DNA of 63,538 nucleotides, filler included, from Octopus bimaculoides (GCF_001194135.2; 8 parts of 4 records of this genome joined end to end with filler, not necessarily neighbours in it); one strand, 5' to 3'. Shown: positions 11,984 through 25,775, counted from the first letter of the whole stretch. Made by a program: numbers and translations. The notes: a model not told the origin generated them from the sequence alone.

Positions 11984-13891
11984 TGTTATATCTAGTATAA
12001 AAGTATGAAAAAACTCTTTAGTAGCGCAAAGCATAAAGACAATTTTTCGAAATCAACATATACTAACAGCTGGCAAAGCTAATTACCATAAGTTGATGGT
12101 GATTTTTTTATTGCAATAGTCTCACATTGCTGAAAAACTCAACAAATCCATAACTATTAACAAATCACTTGAATGTAATCAATTTTGATTAGCAAACATT
12201 AAGCTCGGCGCCATCTTGTTTTCATTAACGTCACTTCTTGCTTTTCGTTTCATTTTAAAGACTTTTTTCCTTCTTAATTCCAACGTCCATATATTTCTGT
12301 GTCTGGGAAAGAGGAACTTCTCCCTCCCCCCCTCACCTCTATGTTTCTCATTCTCTCTATCTCAACATTTTGCCTCGAGTTACATGCAATTTGCTTCAAT
12401 TGTACATTAGTGTTTTGATAAAATAAATCGCTAATTTGGTCGCTAGTAAAATCAAGCTAAGTCATCGTCACATTTCTACTGGCCTAATCAGCAAGTAATT
12501 TAAAACAAACACAAATAGTAAGCTTTCAGTAGTTCTTTTGCACTCATCATATGCCAGGTGTCAAGAATCTTTAAGCATTTATAGAATAGGTATATCGTTG
12601 CTCGATGTATAGGAGAGAACAAATCTATCACTTTTCTTCCACTAACTTCAAAATACAGAAGTACATTTTCCTTCCTTTCTCTCTCTCCTTCACTCTCTCT
12701 CCCTCTTTCTCTCTCTCACTCTCTCGCACTCTGCCTCGTCTACTCATATATGTACATATATATATATGTATATATTTGCACAGACACACGCATATACAGG
12801 TATAGATTGCACACACACACATACACACACATACACACAAACAAACAAACGAAGACACATACACACACATATTATTGAAACTAAAAAGGTTTCTCAAATT
12901 GTTATTCAAAATATTTTGAACAATATTATGAGGTTTTCTAGATGTTCTTGTTAAAACCCAGGTTAGCCTTTATTGAATAGATCTCTGATGAAAGACATTC
13001 AAGCCATTTCCGTTCCGCTTTGTGCGTATTTGAAAATATTTTCTAAGACGACAGCGTATGATTTCTAAGAGTTAGCTGGTATTGCTAGACAGGCTGGTCG
13101 CGAAACCTCAAAGAGTTTCCTGTGTGTCTTTCTCTGTCCTGTGTCATTAACATTAAAATAGAAAAGCGATAGAGGTGAACAAGTTTTAAAATAAGAAATC
13201 ATAACACGTGTCGTATCAGAAGTATCATTATAACACAAAAGATGTGAAGGTACATAGCTTTATTAGATAGGGAAACAAAATTGTTACAAATCTACTTGCC
13301 TTTTTAACGATTTAAGGTTATCCATGAAATCAATCACAACAAAACGAAAATGTAACAGAAATTGCTAAATACACCAAAATTATATCTTCATTATGCAATC
13401 TATTTCGTTCGTAACACAAATTGGTGCGAATAAATGAAGATGAATTACAATAAACGAATAGAGCAAGGTAATTATGGCATTCACTCTACTGATCTTGGGA
13501 TTTTAGACAATATCTAATTGCTAAATCATCGATCAATGACGTCTCGTTTGTCCACCTCACACAAATATTACTGTCATTATTCACTCCTTTGTGGCTTTAA
13601 TTATAATTGATATTGAAGTCTCTGTGTATAGGAATATAAACGGGAAGAAATGTAGTTTGTGCTGCATTAGTTTAGCTGGTTGTAAATGACGATTTTTGAA
13701 CTTGAGAAACTAGTGAGACAGGTATAATTTGTTAAGCTAACAAGAGGATGTACTATTTTTTCCCTTATACCTTGCAACGTCACCACCTTTTGTATCCTAC
13801 TGCAATTCATCGTCTTATAACTGAATTTTACTGCATTACATCTGCAGAGCGCAAATAGCATGTGTATATATACGTATATCATTGAATAAGA

Positions 13892-14078
13892 AGGCTTGCT
13901 GGCAGAATCGTTAGCAGGTCGGGCAAAATGTTTAACAGCACATCTTTCGGCTCTTAACGTTCGCGCCGAGGTCAACTTTGCCCTTCATCATTTCAGGTCC
14001 GATAAAATAAAGTACCAGCCAAATACTTGGGTCGATGTATCGAGTTGCACCCCTCCCCTCAAAATTTCTGGCCTTGTG
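13892..14078 (+). mobile_element. tRNA-derived SINE family A
   Basis: 'gctggcagaatcgttagc' head plus the shared core. Confidence 0.8.
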
Positions 14079-15825
14079 ACCTGCGACAGCGTGACATCCT
14101 GTTCAGGAGGAATGTTATTATCTTGTTCGCTCATGCGGCTTGGAAACCGGTTTTCTGATTTCTAGCGCTCAACAAATTTTAAAAGACACGTTTTTGAATA
14201 ATTATAAGTTTAAACGTGCGTGCCTACATATGTGTGCATGCAGGTATTTAAATTTGTATTTGTGTTTGTGAGTCGCCTTTCAAATCCTCAACGAATTTTC
14301 AGCTGCCATGTGATCTTACAAATGTGTCGCAGTTTGGTTTTACTTCCTAAAAGTGAGTCATCACCTATTATTAACTGGAATACGCTGTAAGTTATAGCTT
14401 ATAACGACAACTATTTTATTTTGGCTGAACTATTAGGAGGATGAAGTATTTTATACGATAAGTTATTTCGTATCTATATTGGGAAAAAAGAAACAAGCTA
14501 ATATCTCGAATGATTTTATAGGGTTGTGTTAATAAATTAATTTTCTGCTACACCATTTGCACACTTTTCCTTATCTTGGCTAAATTATCTGACTATTTGA
14601 ATGCATACATTCCCTTGGCTTTATAATCTCCAGGTACAACCGATGCTTCCTTAAGGGACATTTGAGAGAACTTTTTTTGTCTTTCTTTTATAATTCACTG
14701 TTAGTCTTTCATCAAGCTGTGCAACATTTCTTTTCTTTTTCCAAGTATTTACCATTGAATGAAAGTTAGTTTGTACGTTGCTTGAATTTGGAATAGGGTT
14801 AGCATCAAGGCTTAGCGCCGAGTTGCGTATGTTGACTCCTATGCTAGGCGTTCAATTGCGGTTACATATACTAAATTATCTCCTCTATCTGCCCAAGTGG
14901 AAGAATTACAGTATAGCGCATCCGGCTTCGGATAAAATGGGTCGTTCAGAAGACTATGTTGTTACAGCCTGGGTGAATTCTTTGAAGCGTGTTTGTTAAA
15001 ATGTGTTTTTGCTTACACAAGTAAGCATCATCGGTGTTATATGGAACAAGAATGCTTTGTGTATGCTTAGCTTCTAACTTTTAGGTGTCATTATGTTAAT
15101 AAGATATAGGTTTACCGATTCTCATACCTCAGCACCGATGAAGCTTCTTTAGAGAAGCCAAACAGTACTGTGCTGTTTATCTAGCTGGAAGTATTTTCGA
15201 TCAAACTGCATTTCATAGGGATCACAATTATCTCAAAATCCTTCGAAATGATAATAGTAAACTTCTTTTGAAATTCCGTTGCCTTACGCAATATACAATT
15301 TAAGTGACGAACAAAAATCGATGTTATGGAAGTGGATGAATCTAATACTTCTTTTTAACCATTTTAAGCCCACGAGTCATAGATGTTCATTTTCACTGAG
15401 TATATTTTTACACATTAACTTTAGTTTTTTTTGATGTCCGGAATTTGATAACTTTACTGATGTTGGTTATCGCAGAGTTCAGAATTGCATTTAGGGATAA
15501 ATATAGTGCCATCAATAACCATGAGGATCTATTAGATCTCTTCCCGACTCAAACTACAGATACGTGGAAAGAGTAAAAAATTATTTAAGTATCTTGACTA
15601 AAATAAGAGCCGACGATCAGAATTAAAATGCTGAGCATTCAGTTCTCGAACTGTCGCTAAATTTTACACGGTATCTAGTAGCAGTTTTTTTATTTATTTT
15701 CATTAATAAACAAAAAAACAGTATTTTATAGTTTCCACTCGTTTCTTCTCTTTATTCTCGATCAGGTTTTATTTGGAAGTAGAATCGTGTGCTTTGCATT
15801 TCTACATTTTTATGAAACATTATAG

Positions 15826-16030
15826 GGCGGAGAGCTGGCAGAATCGTTAGCACGCCGGGCGAAATGCTTAGCGGTATTTCGTCTGCCGCTACATAATGAT
15901 TTCAAATTCCGCTGAGTTCGACTTTGCCTTTCAGAGTCGATGAAATATGTGCTAGTTACGTACTGGGATCGATATAATCGACCGGCTTCCTTACTCCGAA
16001 ATCTCCAAAGCCTTGTGCCTAGAACAGAAA
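15826..16030 (+). mobile_element. tRNA-derived SINE family A
   Basis: 'ggcggagagctggcagaatcgttagcacgccgggcgaaatgcttagcgg' head. Confidence 0.85.
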
Positions 16031-16821
16031 TAAGTAGTATGAGACATTATTGGCAATAATTTTCTGTTAATAAGTATTGTTGGTTTAGGATGTGTTAAGT
16101 GTAATTCTAGAGCTTCTGTTACAGACGTTGTTTTAATTGAAATTTACTCCATTGTTGTGTCATTGTTACGATTGATATTTTTTTTGTTTGCATACATTAA
16201 TGGAATACCTTTATGGGCTCTAAATCTATATGTATCGGCAAGTTTCTATGCGTACACATTTAAGACGCTTTCCTGGCCTTTTATCGTTATATGTGCAAAC
16301 ATGTATACACATATATATGTATACGTGTATATGTATACTTTGTATGCATACTAGGCCACTGGTAGAAAAAAATTTCTATAATTTTTCCTACCCTATATTA
16401 ATTTTAAGAAATGATTTTAGCAATTTCTGAAGTTTAATCGGAATTTTTACATGCTGCCGATTGAATCTGCGGTTGCGCAGAGGATTTGAAAACTTATAAT
16501 ATATAAGGATCAGACACGTGTTATTTGGTCTCTAATTTATATGTTAATGTTTTGGCGTATCCGCTGATGAGAACTTCGCCCTGCAAATTATTTTATTTGC
16601 TAACTAAAGTTCGAAATCTGAGGTCCAGCTGTAAAACGTGGTAAATTGCTCTTAACTGTGGTTTGGACGTTGTGACTGTTCTTTTTAGTATGTTAGGAAA
16701 CCTGTTAAGGTTTCGCCTCTTTGTACTNNNNNNNNNNNNNNNNNNNNNNNNNNNNNNNNNNNNNNNNNNNNNNNNNNNNNNNNNNNNNNNNNNNNNNNNN
16801 NNNNNNNNNNNNNNNNNNNNN

Positions 16822-16862
<41 letters not shown>

Positions 16863-17294
16863 TACTCATACACACAGACACGTATATAGATATAGATATT
16901 TTCTTCTATACATACGTTTCTCGCTTTGAGAGCAGCTTCGCAAAGTTTAATGGGTCGACTGATAGCAACTAACTGAAGACGTTTATGGCGTGCAAACATG
17001 TCATGTGTACAGATAACTAAGAAATTCTATTTGCTGTCCGAATCAACAGGTCGCCATTACAAAACGTCATTTTTCAATGCTTACATCAAATGTACTACAA
17101 CAGCAAGTCGAAGTTCATTTGAAATGAACTTTGACCTGCTGTTGCTGTTGAACTGTCGGATTTGTTGATCAGTTCCTAACACCATCATATCGACTGTTAT
17201 GATCGACATCGACATGATACTCATTATTGTTATTGCTGTTGTTCTATTTCTGTTTGCGGCAGCAAGACTGGTGATACCGTTGTCGTTATTACAT

Positions 17295-17521
17295 TTCTTT
17301 ACTGCCCACAAGGGGCTACACACAGAGGGGACAAACAAAGACAGACAAACGGATTAAGTCGATTATATCGACCCCAGTGCGTAACTGGTACTTATTTAAT
17401 CGACCCCGAAAGGATGAAAGGCAAAGTCGACCTCGGCGGAATTTGAACTCAGAACGTAGCGGCAGACGAAATACCGCTAAGCATTTCGCCCGACGTGCTA
17501 ACGTTTCTGCCAGCTCGCCAC
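17295..17521 (-). mobile_element. tRNA-derived SINE family A, near full length
   Basis: Complete reverse-complement copy ending in gccagctcgcc. Confidence 0.85.
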
Positions 17522-17959
17522 CTTTTTTTTTTTTTTTTGTCTTTACGCTTACAGCACCTAGGTTTCTCATTATTACCCTTAAATATTACCGTGGTTAACT
17601 ATTCAAAATGGCGACGCAGATCACTGATGTTTTCCTCAATTTGCTTATATTTAGTAATTTCATTAGCACATGTACCGCAGCTTTCTGTTAAGTGTTCATT
17701 AAGTGTCGTGATACATGTGTATAAGAAGGTATTGCCCAGTTATTAACATCACATGACGCCATATGTTGTTATCATCGCTAACTTTTAACATGAGAGCAGC
17801 AATTAGTTTTGTTTAATTTCATGAAGACTGTCCTGTCGCTCAACGACAGCTTACAAAAACTGGAAAAATGTTTACGAGCTGTAGTTTCAAAATATTCTTA
17901 AGCTAAATATGTTGAATACACGTTTCTGTCGAATCGGTTACATGTGGAAATATAAATGA

Positions 17960-19045
17960 CTTTAATGTTGGCGGCATCCTCGAAGCGCTTTCTCTGTGCC
18001 CCTTGTGTGTGCTTTCCTTCCACCAGTTTGCCGCAAAACAATTTCTTGGGGAGATGTAAGACAGGCATTCGAACAAGGTGGCCTGCCTAACTAAATTGCG
18101 CTCTCCTCAGTATGTGTTAATGCTTGGCCAATCAGCTCCAGAGAAGAACACTTCTCTGGGACCTTGTCCTGCCAGGTGCTTTCCAACAGCTTTCGTGGAC
18201 AATCATGTAGAAACAGTTTAGCGTTTTGGCGTGGAGTTCATAAACTGTCCAAGCCTTGCAAGCGTGCAGTAGGATGGGCAGTATAACTACTTGGCACACC
18301 TTCAACTTTGTGACTAGTTTAATACCTGTCCTGATTCACTTAGGCGCCCTGATGTTGCGCTTCTTTTAGTGATGCTTACGTCTATTTCGTCATTAATGTT
18401 CACAGGTCTGGAGAGTGTGCTACCGAGGTAGGTAAACTTATTAATAATCTTCAGAATTTTCCCTTCAATGGTGATAGCTTGTTCCACATACTGCTTGTGT
18501 GGGGTAGGTTGGCACAAGGCCTTTATCTTCTGAGTCCTGATTGTGATGCCAAATTTGTTGCAGGCAATGTAAAAGCATTTCATGTTCTGCTGCCTCTACG
18601 GCGTCCAATGCGTATTCGTCTGTGAACAGGAAACCGAGCACCGAGTCCTCTTCCACATTGGTCTTGGCCTGTAGCCTCCGCAGGTTGAACGGTCTGCTAT
18701 CAGTCCTGAATCTGACCTTGATGTTCATTTCGTCGTCAGAAGTCACTGAACAGCATGACTGAGAATACCAAGCTGAACAGCATAGGTGCAAGTACACGGC
18801 CCTGCTTGACGCTGTTAGTAACTGGGAATGTGTCGAAAGAATTCTTTTTCTATACTTGAGTGAACATACCGTCATGGAACTCCCGCACCATATTGATTAA
18901 TTTGTCCAGGCAACCGAATTTACCCATATTCTTCCAAAGCCCCTCATGCCTGAGGGTGTCAAAGGCCTCGGTTAGGTTTTTTTAAAAAAACGTCGTGTTT
19001 AGGTCCCTTTTCTGTTCCTGGTACTTCTGAAGATGACGTACGGTA
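17960..19045 (-). mobile_element. RTE (BovB-like) LINE reverse transcriptase fragment
   Basis: Peptides KVRFRTDSRPFNLRRLQAKTNVEE, FLFTDEYAL, KFTYLGSTLSR, CKAWTVY and FGCLDKLI; frameshifted. Confidence 0.9.
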
Positions 19046-19529
19046 AAATTCATGTCAAATATCTATGTTCATATAATTGTTTGTTCTCTGTATCCACATT
19101 TATGACCTTATCACGGTGTTTACATTTATGATTTGTTGTGAACATTTAGACAATGAATTCATACTCATGCTCAACATAAACGTTTTACAGATGTAATTAA
19201 GTTAGATACATAGGTGTTGCAAAGCTTTTGTGAGTCTCAAATGTTTATATTATTGGATGGTAGACGAGTTCTCTTCTCTATGTGCAGCAAAATAACTGGT
19301 AGGTAAATATTCTAATCTCACAAATAGAATAGAAAAGTCCCTCGACAGTATGGTTCACCAGAAAATCTAGTTTCTATTTTGCAGTGTCTATGTTAGTGAC
19401 GAAAAATAAGATTTATATATATATATATATATATATACATANNNNNNNNNNNNNNNNNNNNNNNNNNNNNNNNNNNNNNNNNNNNNNNNNNNNNNNNNNN
19501 NNNNNNNNNNNNNNNNNNNNNNNNNNATA

Positions 19530-19990
19530 TGTAATTGTTGTATACAGTGCTTAGGTGCACTACAGTTGAGAAAAAATCATCAGGTGTACTGTTGGCGGAT
19601 TTCAGGAAGCAGAGAAGTCTTAAAGGATGTAACGTCTCGATAGCTAACGACTGATGCGGATGGTTGATTCCATGTTTCAACAATTTTGAGTGTGAAAAGA
19701 TGTTTCCGAAAGTAAGTCATGGGTGTTGTGCTGTATTTTGATTTTGTGAGCATGACTACGTGTGTTTGACATATAGAATTCAAAAAGGTGCCCAAGGTTG
19801 TTCTTGGAAAGATGATAGATAATCTTGTGAGTGTCGAACAAGTCAGTTGCCAGACGTTTGATCTTCAATGTGTTCATGCCCAGAGAAGCAAGACGTTCAG
19901 AGTATGGTAGATGCTTGACGACGGGTATTTGTTTTGTTGTACGTTTCTGAACAGTTTCCAGGGTATTTATATGCTGAGCAAGATAGAGGT
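19530..19990 (-). mobile_element. CR1/L2-type LINE 3' end
   Basis: LETVQKRTTKQIP...LPYSERLASLGMNTLKIKRLATDLFDTHKII...NTRSHAHK...RKHLFTLKIVETWNQ, typical of a CR1 C-terminus. Confidence 0.85.
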
Positions 19991-20760
19991 TTCAGACTGG
20001 TGATGCAAATTCGAAGTGTATACGTACCATTGTCATATAATACTTTTGTTATCATTGTTTTATTTTTTTAGATCTAGGTCAACCTTGATCAAACAAAAAT
20101 TTAATCAAGTTGTGCAAGCCATGATTGTTTTATTTTATGCCATTTGCATTATCCATGGTATTCTTTCTTTATTTTTAAAAAAGTTGGTTGTAATTTAAGA
20201 TTTTGCGGTTATTTCTAACAGCTCCTGTGACTACATAGAGTCTTTCTCAATGTTTCAGTATAAAACATGTAACAAAAATGGCGCAGCTAAAGAAATAAAA
20301 CATGTAACAAAAATGGCGCAGCTAAAGAAATAATATCGTGTGTGTCCGTGTAAATTATTTCATTTTGTGCCTAAAAGGTCAATTCCTACTTACTTTCACT
20401 TTATTGAAGTATAGGGTATATGTTTTGGGGAATTCAGTATATCCCTACACAATAAATACATAACTTGCCTTAACAATACTTCAACCGTGAGATATCATTC
20501 ACTGAATATCTCTCGTATGTTGAAAGACGCCTTTCGACGCACGACCTTCAAAAATTCGTGTAAATTTCAGGTTATCGATATAAATGATGAGTGATTATTA
20601 TCTGTGTAGACAGTTTGAACATAGTATTTTAGCGGCAATTAGCGGTAATTTGCGGTGACATCTCATAACATTATATATCGTTTGACATCATTGAGATGAA
20701 ATGGAATGATCACTGCACGTGTGGATTTTCATACTCTAAGGCGGAATCTGGGTATTTGAA

Positions 20761-20952
20761 AAAATAGACAATTTTGCGTCGACTCTGTTACGACTAAGTG
20801 AGACCAGTTCAAACGGATGGTATCGTTATGGTAGCTTTCACGATGGTAGGTTATAAATCGGTTCCACAAACAAAACTAAACAATAATAAAGAATTTGTTA
20901 GAGCGTGTCTGCAACTCTGAATAAATTTCAGAGTTGCAAACATACTCTCACA
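20761..20952 (+). repeat. ~190-bp interspersed repeat with a terminal hairpin; second copy at 24819-25010
   Basis: Two closely similar copies; stem tgcaactctgaa / ttcagagttgca. Confidence 0.85.
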
Positions 20953-22329
20953 AATTCTAATAGTATTGGTAGAGGAAATGGTTATGCTATTTCAATCTAA
21001 TCTTTAGTTTCACGGGAACTGGAGAAACGTAAACACTATGGCGATTATCCGAAAAATTCACTACGAAATGTTATTGGTTGAAGCACTTTAATCAAGAAAC
21101 TATCTAAGAAAATATCCTCACCACCGACTATTTAACTTTCTGTGAATAGGATAGATGCCCTTAGATAGACATTTTACCACTAGTATTCGCTCCTACAGGT
21201 TTGATTCAATGTTTAATTATTTAATGCGAGAGAAATTTCAATAAAAAATGTTACTTCTACTTCAACCAATTTTGTCATTTTATTTATGGTTGTGATTACT
21301 TTATTTAAATTATTTTACTAACCCTTTGAAAACGAGATAAACATCATACATTATCAATATCCCTGTTATCTAATATTCTCTGTCTGTGTATGAAATTCAT
21401 AAAAATTTCATTCTTGAATTGGATTTTGTTGGATGGCCTCCTGTGGTGTAGTTAACGCTGTGCTAATTTTTTATTCTTCGCGGTATAGTTTTCCGGAGGG
21501 AGAATTTGAATTGAGTACTGCCAACCTTTTAATAACCATCAGTTACGTATCAGCTCTACAGCTTACAAAAGTGATTTGTTTCATAATCTGTTGATAATGC
21601 TACTACTGCTTCTGTTATCATTGGAGTTTATCAGTTCAGACACATGTTAATGTCACTTAAATAGGAACAGTGACCAAGAAGCAGGAGATCCCCACAGCAA
21701 TGCTGATATTTCATACAGTTCGAAAATCCTACCACTACGGTCTTATATGGATATTTAAAAGTTTTCGATAATTTCACTGCATTTTAAAGTTTAAAATAGA
21801 CAAATGTTACAATACATATATCCGAAAGAAAGGGTGTCAGGACAAACTTCCTGGACAATCGATCCCTGATAATTTTCTCCTAGACTATTGCCAATCGAGG
21901 GGACTCCATGCATTTAATAGACCACGCTTCCTTTACGATTGTCCCTTAGACCATTCCCTCTTTAGGTAATTGGTTCTTAATATATCCTGTAGACAATTGT
22001 TCCAAACTTCATTACTAGCTACACAAATACTCACCTCAACCACATATTCAAGCAACACCTCTCCTCCTTACGCAACAGTTTCATCTAACACACCACGTAA
22101 ACCTACACTGCAAATACTACAACGTATCCCTACACGGCCTATATCGCAATATCACCCGACACTACACCCATACTGCGATACCACTTCACTGTACACCACA
22201 AAATTCATCAGTCAATACAAATACAAACTTCACCTCTAGTTCTACCTACAAAACAGTTCCAATATACACACAGCTTCAACTTACTTATCCTGTTTCACAA
22301 CTTCACCTTACACATACAACTATACTCTT

Positions 22330-22510
22330 ATAGTTCTATATTTGAGAGATGAGGAATTATGTACATTATTTACACTTGACGGATATTTGTCCTCATCTTG
22401 TTTGTTGTTAACACAACGTTTCAGCTGATATACACTCCAGCCTTCATCAGGTGTCTTGGGGAAATTTCGAATCTGGTTTCTCATTCCTAAGGTATTTTTC
22501 TATGTTGTTG
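22330..22510 (-). mobile_element. Penelope-like terminal repeat module carrying a hammerhead motif
   Basis: Same module at 23419-23560 (+) and 57458-57650 (+); (TAA)n adjacent. Confidence 0.7.
22410..22455 (-). ncRNA. Minimal type-I hammerhead ribozyme motif (canonical core)
   Basis: gacac|CUGAUGA|a|ggcug-gaguguauau-cagcu|GAA|ACGU|U|guguu: 5-bp stem I, 5-bp stem II, palindromic ACGU stem III, GUU cleavage triplet. Confidence 0.7.
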
Positions 22511-23190
22511 TTATTATTATTATTATTATTATTATCGTGAGAATTGACCCGCCGACCTCCTTTAACCAGGAGGGCAAGGCAATTTTCCTATGCCTAGTGG
22601 CTGTAGCGAAAGAGGTGATATGGTGGACCCGTTTGAAAGGGTTAAAGACAGACACTTTCCTCTTTGGCCAAGGCCTCATCAACTTGAAAAGGAAGATGAG
22701 AGTAGAGAGGGAAGTGCTGTCTCATAGNNNNNNNNNNNNNNNNNNNNNNNNNNNNNNNNNNNNNNNNNNNNNNNNNNNNNNNNNNNNNNNNNNNNNNNNN
22801 NNNNNNNNNNNNNNNNNNNNNNNNNNNNNNNNNNNNNNNNNNNNNNNNNNNNNNNNNNNNNNNNNNNNNNNNNNNNNNNNNNNNNNNNNNNNNNNNNNNN
22901 NNNNNNNNNNNNNNNNNNNNNNNNNNNNNNNNNNNNNNNNNNNNNNNNNNNNNNNNNNNNNNNNNNNNNNNNNNNNNNNNNNNNNNNNNNNNNNNNNNNN
23001 NNNNNNNNNNNNNNNNNNNNATTTATCTATTTATTTATCTATTTATTCATCATATCTTTCTCCGTTTTCTTCCTCTGTTTAGACGAACTTTCCTACCTTT
23101 TCGGACAAAACCTTTTGTAACCTTCGTCCTGTCTTTGTCCTTATATGTCTTTAATTGATATTAGCCCTTGTGGCCAATAAAACGAATTAA

Positions 23191-23247
<57 letters not shown>

Positions 23248-23315
23248 TCACTGAATTAAGGAAGGATAGAAAAATATTAGATTTATAAGCCCTAAAATTC
23301 ACTCCATAATTCCTG

Positions 23316-23394
23316 ACAGGCATGTGGCGTAGTGGTTAAGAGCGCGGGCCACTAAACCCACGATTCCGAGTTCGATTCCAAGCATTGAGCTGAA
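23316..23394 (+). mobile_element. Short tRNA-derived SINE head with (TAA)n tail (family C)
   Basis: A-box TGGCGTAGTGG and B-box GAGTTCGATTCC, followed by (TAA)n; reverse copy at 57370-57450. Confidence 0.7.
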
Positions 23395-23466
23395 TAATAC
23401 TAATAATAATAATAATAACATCGAAAAATACCTTAGGAATGAGAACCCAGGTTAGAAATTCCCCAA

Positions 23467-23512
23467 GACACTTGATGGAGGCTGGAGTGTATATCAACCG
23501 AAACGTTGTGTT
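23467..23512 (+). ncRNA. Degenerate hammerhead motif, probably inactive
   Basis: gacac|UUGAUGG|a|ggcug..caacc|GAA|ACGU|U|guguu; core carries C3U and A9G changes and stem II has a mismatch. Confidence 0.45.
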
Positions 23513-24109
23513 AACAACAAGCAAGATGAGGACATATATCCGTCAAATGTAAATAATGTACTCATATAACGTAATTTCAATTGGTCACCACAACTTTAAC
23601 CTACCCGTCAACTTCAATGTGTGCAATCAACGTCTAACTACACCACCTAAACAACAATTTCAACTTATACTGCGATTCTAAACTACAAAGATCAGAAGAT
23701 AAATTATCCTAAACCCTGAAGGATAAGCTGACATTGCCAGACTTAAAATTATCTTTGTACCGTTTTCATAAACAACTGGTGCCACAAGGCGATTTGAAGA
23801 ACTGGAAGGGAGTGTTATTGTCACTGATTCCACTTTTGCTGTAGCTGCTGATGAGAGAAAGACCACGACCACGAGGACAATGATGACGCCGACGACGACG
23901 TCAAAGAAGTTGATGATGATGATGACAACACTGATTAGTTTACTGTCGCCAATTGAGAGACTAAAAATATTAAATATTCTTGATATCTTTCTAATCAATA
24001 CATAAAGGCGAGTTTAATAACCGTGAATTACTCCAGCAGTGTTACAATATCGACTCTGTCTCTTTCATTTTCTTTCTCTCTTTGTCTCTCTCCCCCTCTC
24101 TCTCTCACA

Positions 24110-24181
<72 letters not shown>

Positions 24182-25059
24182 CTCTCTTGTTCTTTCTTCA
24201 GAAAAAAAAATCTGGTTTTGTGAGACTATTGATCTCATAAAGAATCATTACAATCCGTTCAGTTTGTTGTTGTTCTCTTTTGTCATTTGCAATTCTTGTT
24301 TTTCCATTTAACTTTTTTATTCTGGTTTTCATAGCATTTGCTTCTTCGTTTATTTGCTGTTGTTCTTTTGTTTTGTTTTTTTTTCTTTTTTTTTTTTGTA
24401 TTAAGTGATTTTTTTTCCTTAGAATATTGGAAACGTTCGTCTAAGGAAATGACAAAAACAAAATTTCTGGAGGAAAGACTTCTAAGATAGTTTTAACATT
24501 AAAAAAAGTAATAAAAGTTGGTTTTAATTTGTTTACAAATTAGAATAACGATCGGCACGACAAAGAAAGTTGAGTGAGTCTTATAAACAACAGCTTGTTA
24601 GATTTTGCTGAATTTTTTTTTTCCTGTTTGCATTTTATCTTTTTTTATTGACTTTAACAAAATAACGCAGATCTAACGTAAGTAAAACGTAATAGCACCT
24701 TACAAGAAACACCAAAAGGACACCGTTAATGTCTCTCACGTTACGTTCCTGTAACAGGCATGTCAAGTTGAATGGCGTAGTTTACATTGCTAAACAGCAA
24801 ACGTTGTTGTAGTTAAAAAAAATAGACGGATTTTGCTTCGACTCTGTTACGACTAAGTGAGACCAGATCAAACGGATGGTATCGTTATGGTAGCTTTCAC
24901 GATGGTAGATTATGAATCGGTTCGCAAACAAAACTAAACTATAATAAAGAATTTGTTAGAGTGTGTCTGCAACTCTGAATAAACTTCAGAGTTGCAAACA
25001 TACTCTAACAATAAATTATTGCTTATAAATATGATACCATATTAATTATTGGTTTAAAA

Positions 25060-25665
25060 TTCTATCATAAGGTCATCAGTTTCGAAGGAGCGGGTACGTT
25101 GATTACTTTGATCCCAGTGTTCAACTTATACTTATTTTATTGACCCAGAAGGATCAAATGCAGCGTCAATCCCCGCTAGCATTCGAACTCAGAACTTAAA
25201 GAAGGAGAAATGTCGCTAAGCATTTTACCCGGCATTTCTGGCAGCTCGCCGCTTTAATCACAGGATTCTTTTCTATTCTGGGCACAAGGCCCCAAATTTT
25301 GGAGGAGAAGATCAGTCGATTAGATCGACCGCAGTACGCAACCAGTACTTAATTTATAGAACTGGTACTTAATTTATGAACGGCAAAGTCAACCTCGGCG
25401 GAATTTGAACTCAGAACGTAAAGACAGACAAAATACCGTTAAACATTTCGCCCGGCGTGCTAACGTTTCTTATTTCTTTATTGCCCTCAAGGGGCTAAAC
25501 ATAGAGAGGACATACAAGGACAGACAAAGTGATTAGGTCGATTAGATCGACCCAGTGCGTAACAGGTACTTACTTTATCGATCCCGAAAGGATGAAAGGC
25601 AAAGTCTACCGCGGCAAAATTTGAACTCAGAACGTAACGGCAGGCGAAATACCGCTAAGAGATAA
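25060..25665 (-). mobile_element. Cluster of three SINE family A copies
   Basis: Three successive 'gaactcagaac...cattt..cccggc' cores. Confidence 0.8.
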
Positions 25666-25775
25666 GGTTGTGGCANNNNNNNNNNNNNNNNNNNNNNNNN
25701 NNNNNNNNNNNNNNNNNNNTTAATTAATTAANNNNNNNNNNNNNNNNNNNNNNNNNNNNNNNNNNNNNNNNNNNN

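Noticed and set aside
14320-14384. Candidate exon VFQLIIGDDSLLGSKTKLRHI
   Set aside because: 65 nt, ends in phase 1, and has no LRR asparagine
16972-17010. CUGAAGA...caaACAUGUc hammerhead-like remnant
   Set aside because: GAAA is broken, stem II is only 2 bp, and there is no stem I
23678-23998. 106-aa hydrophobic minus-strand ORF
   Set aside because: The hydrophobic stretch comes from a (GAT/GAC)n microsatellite; no homology evident
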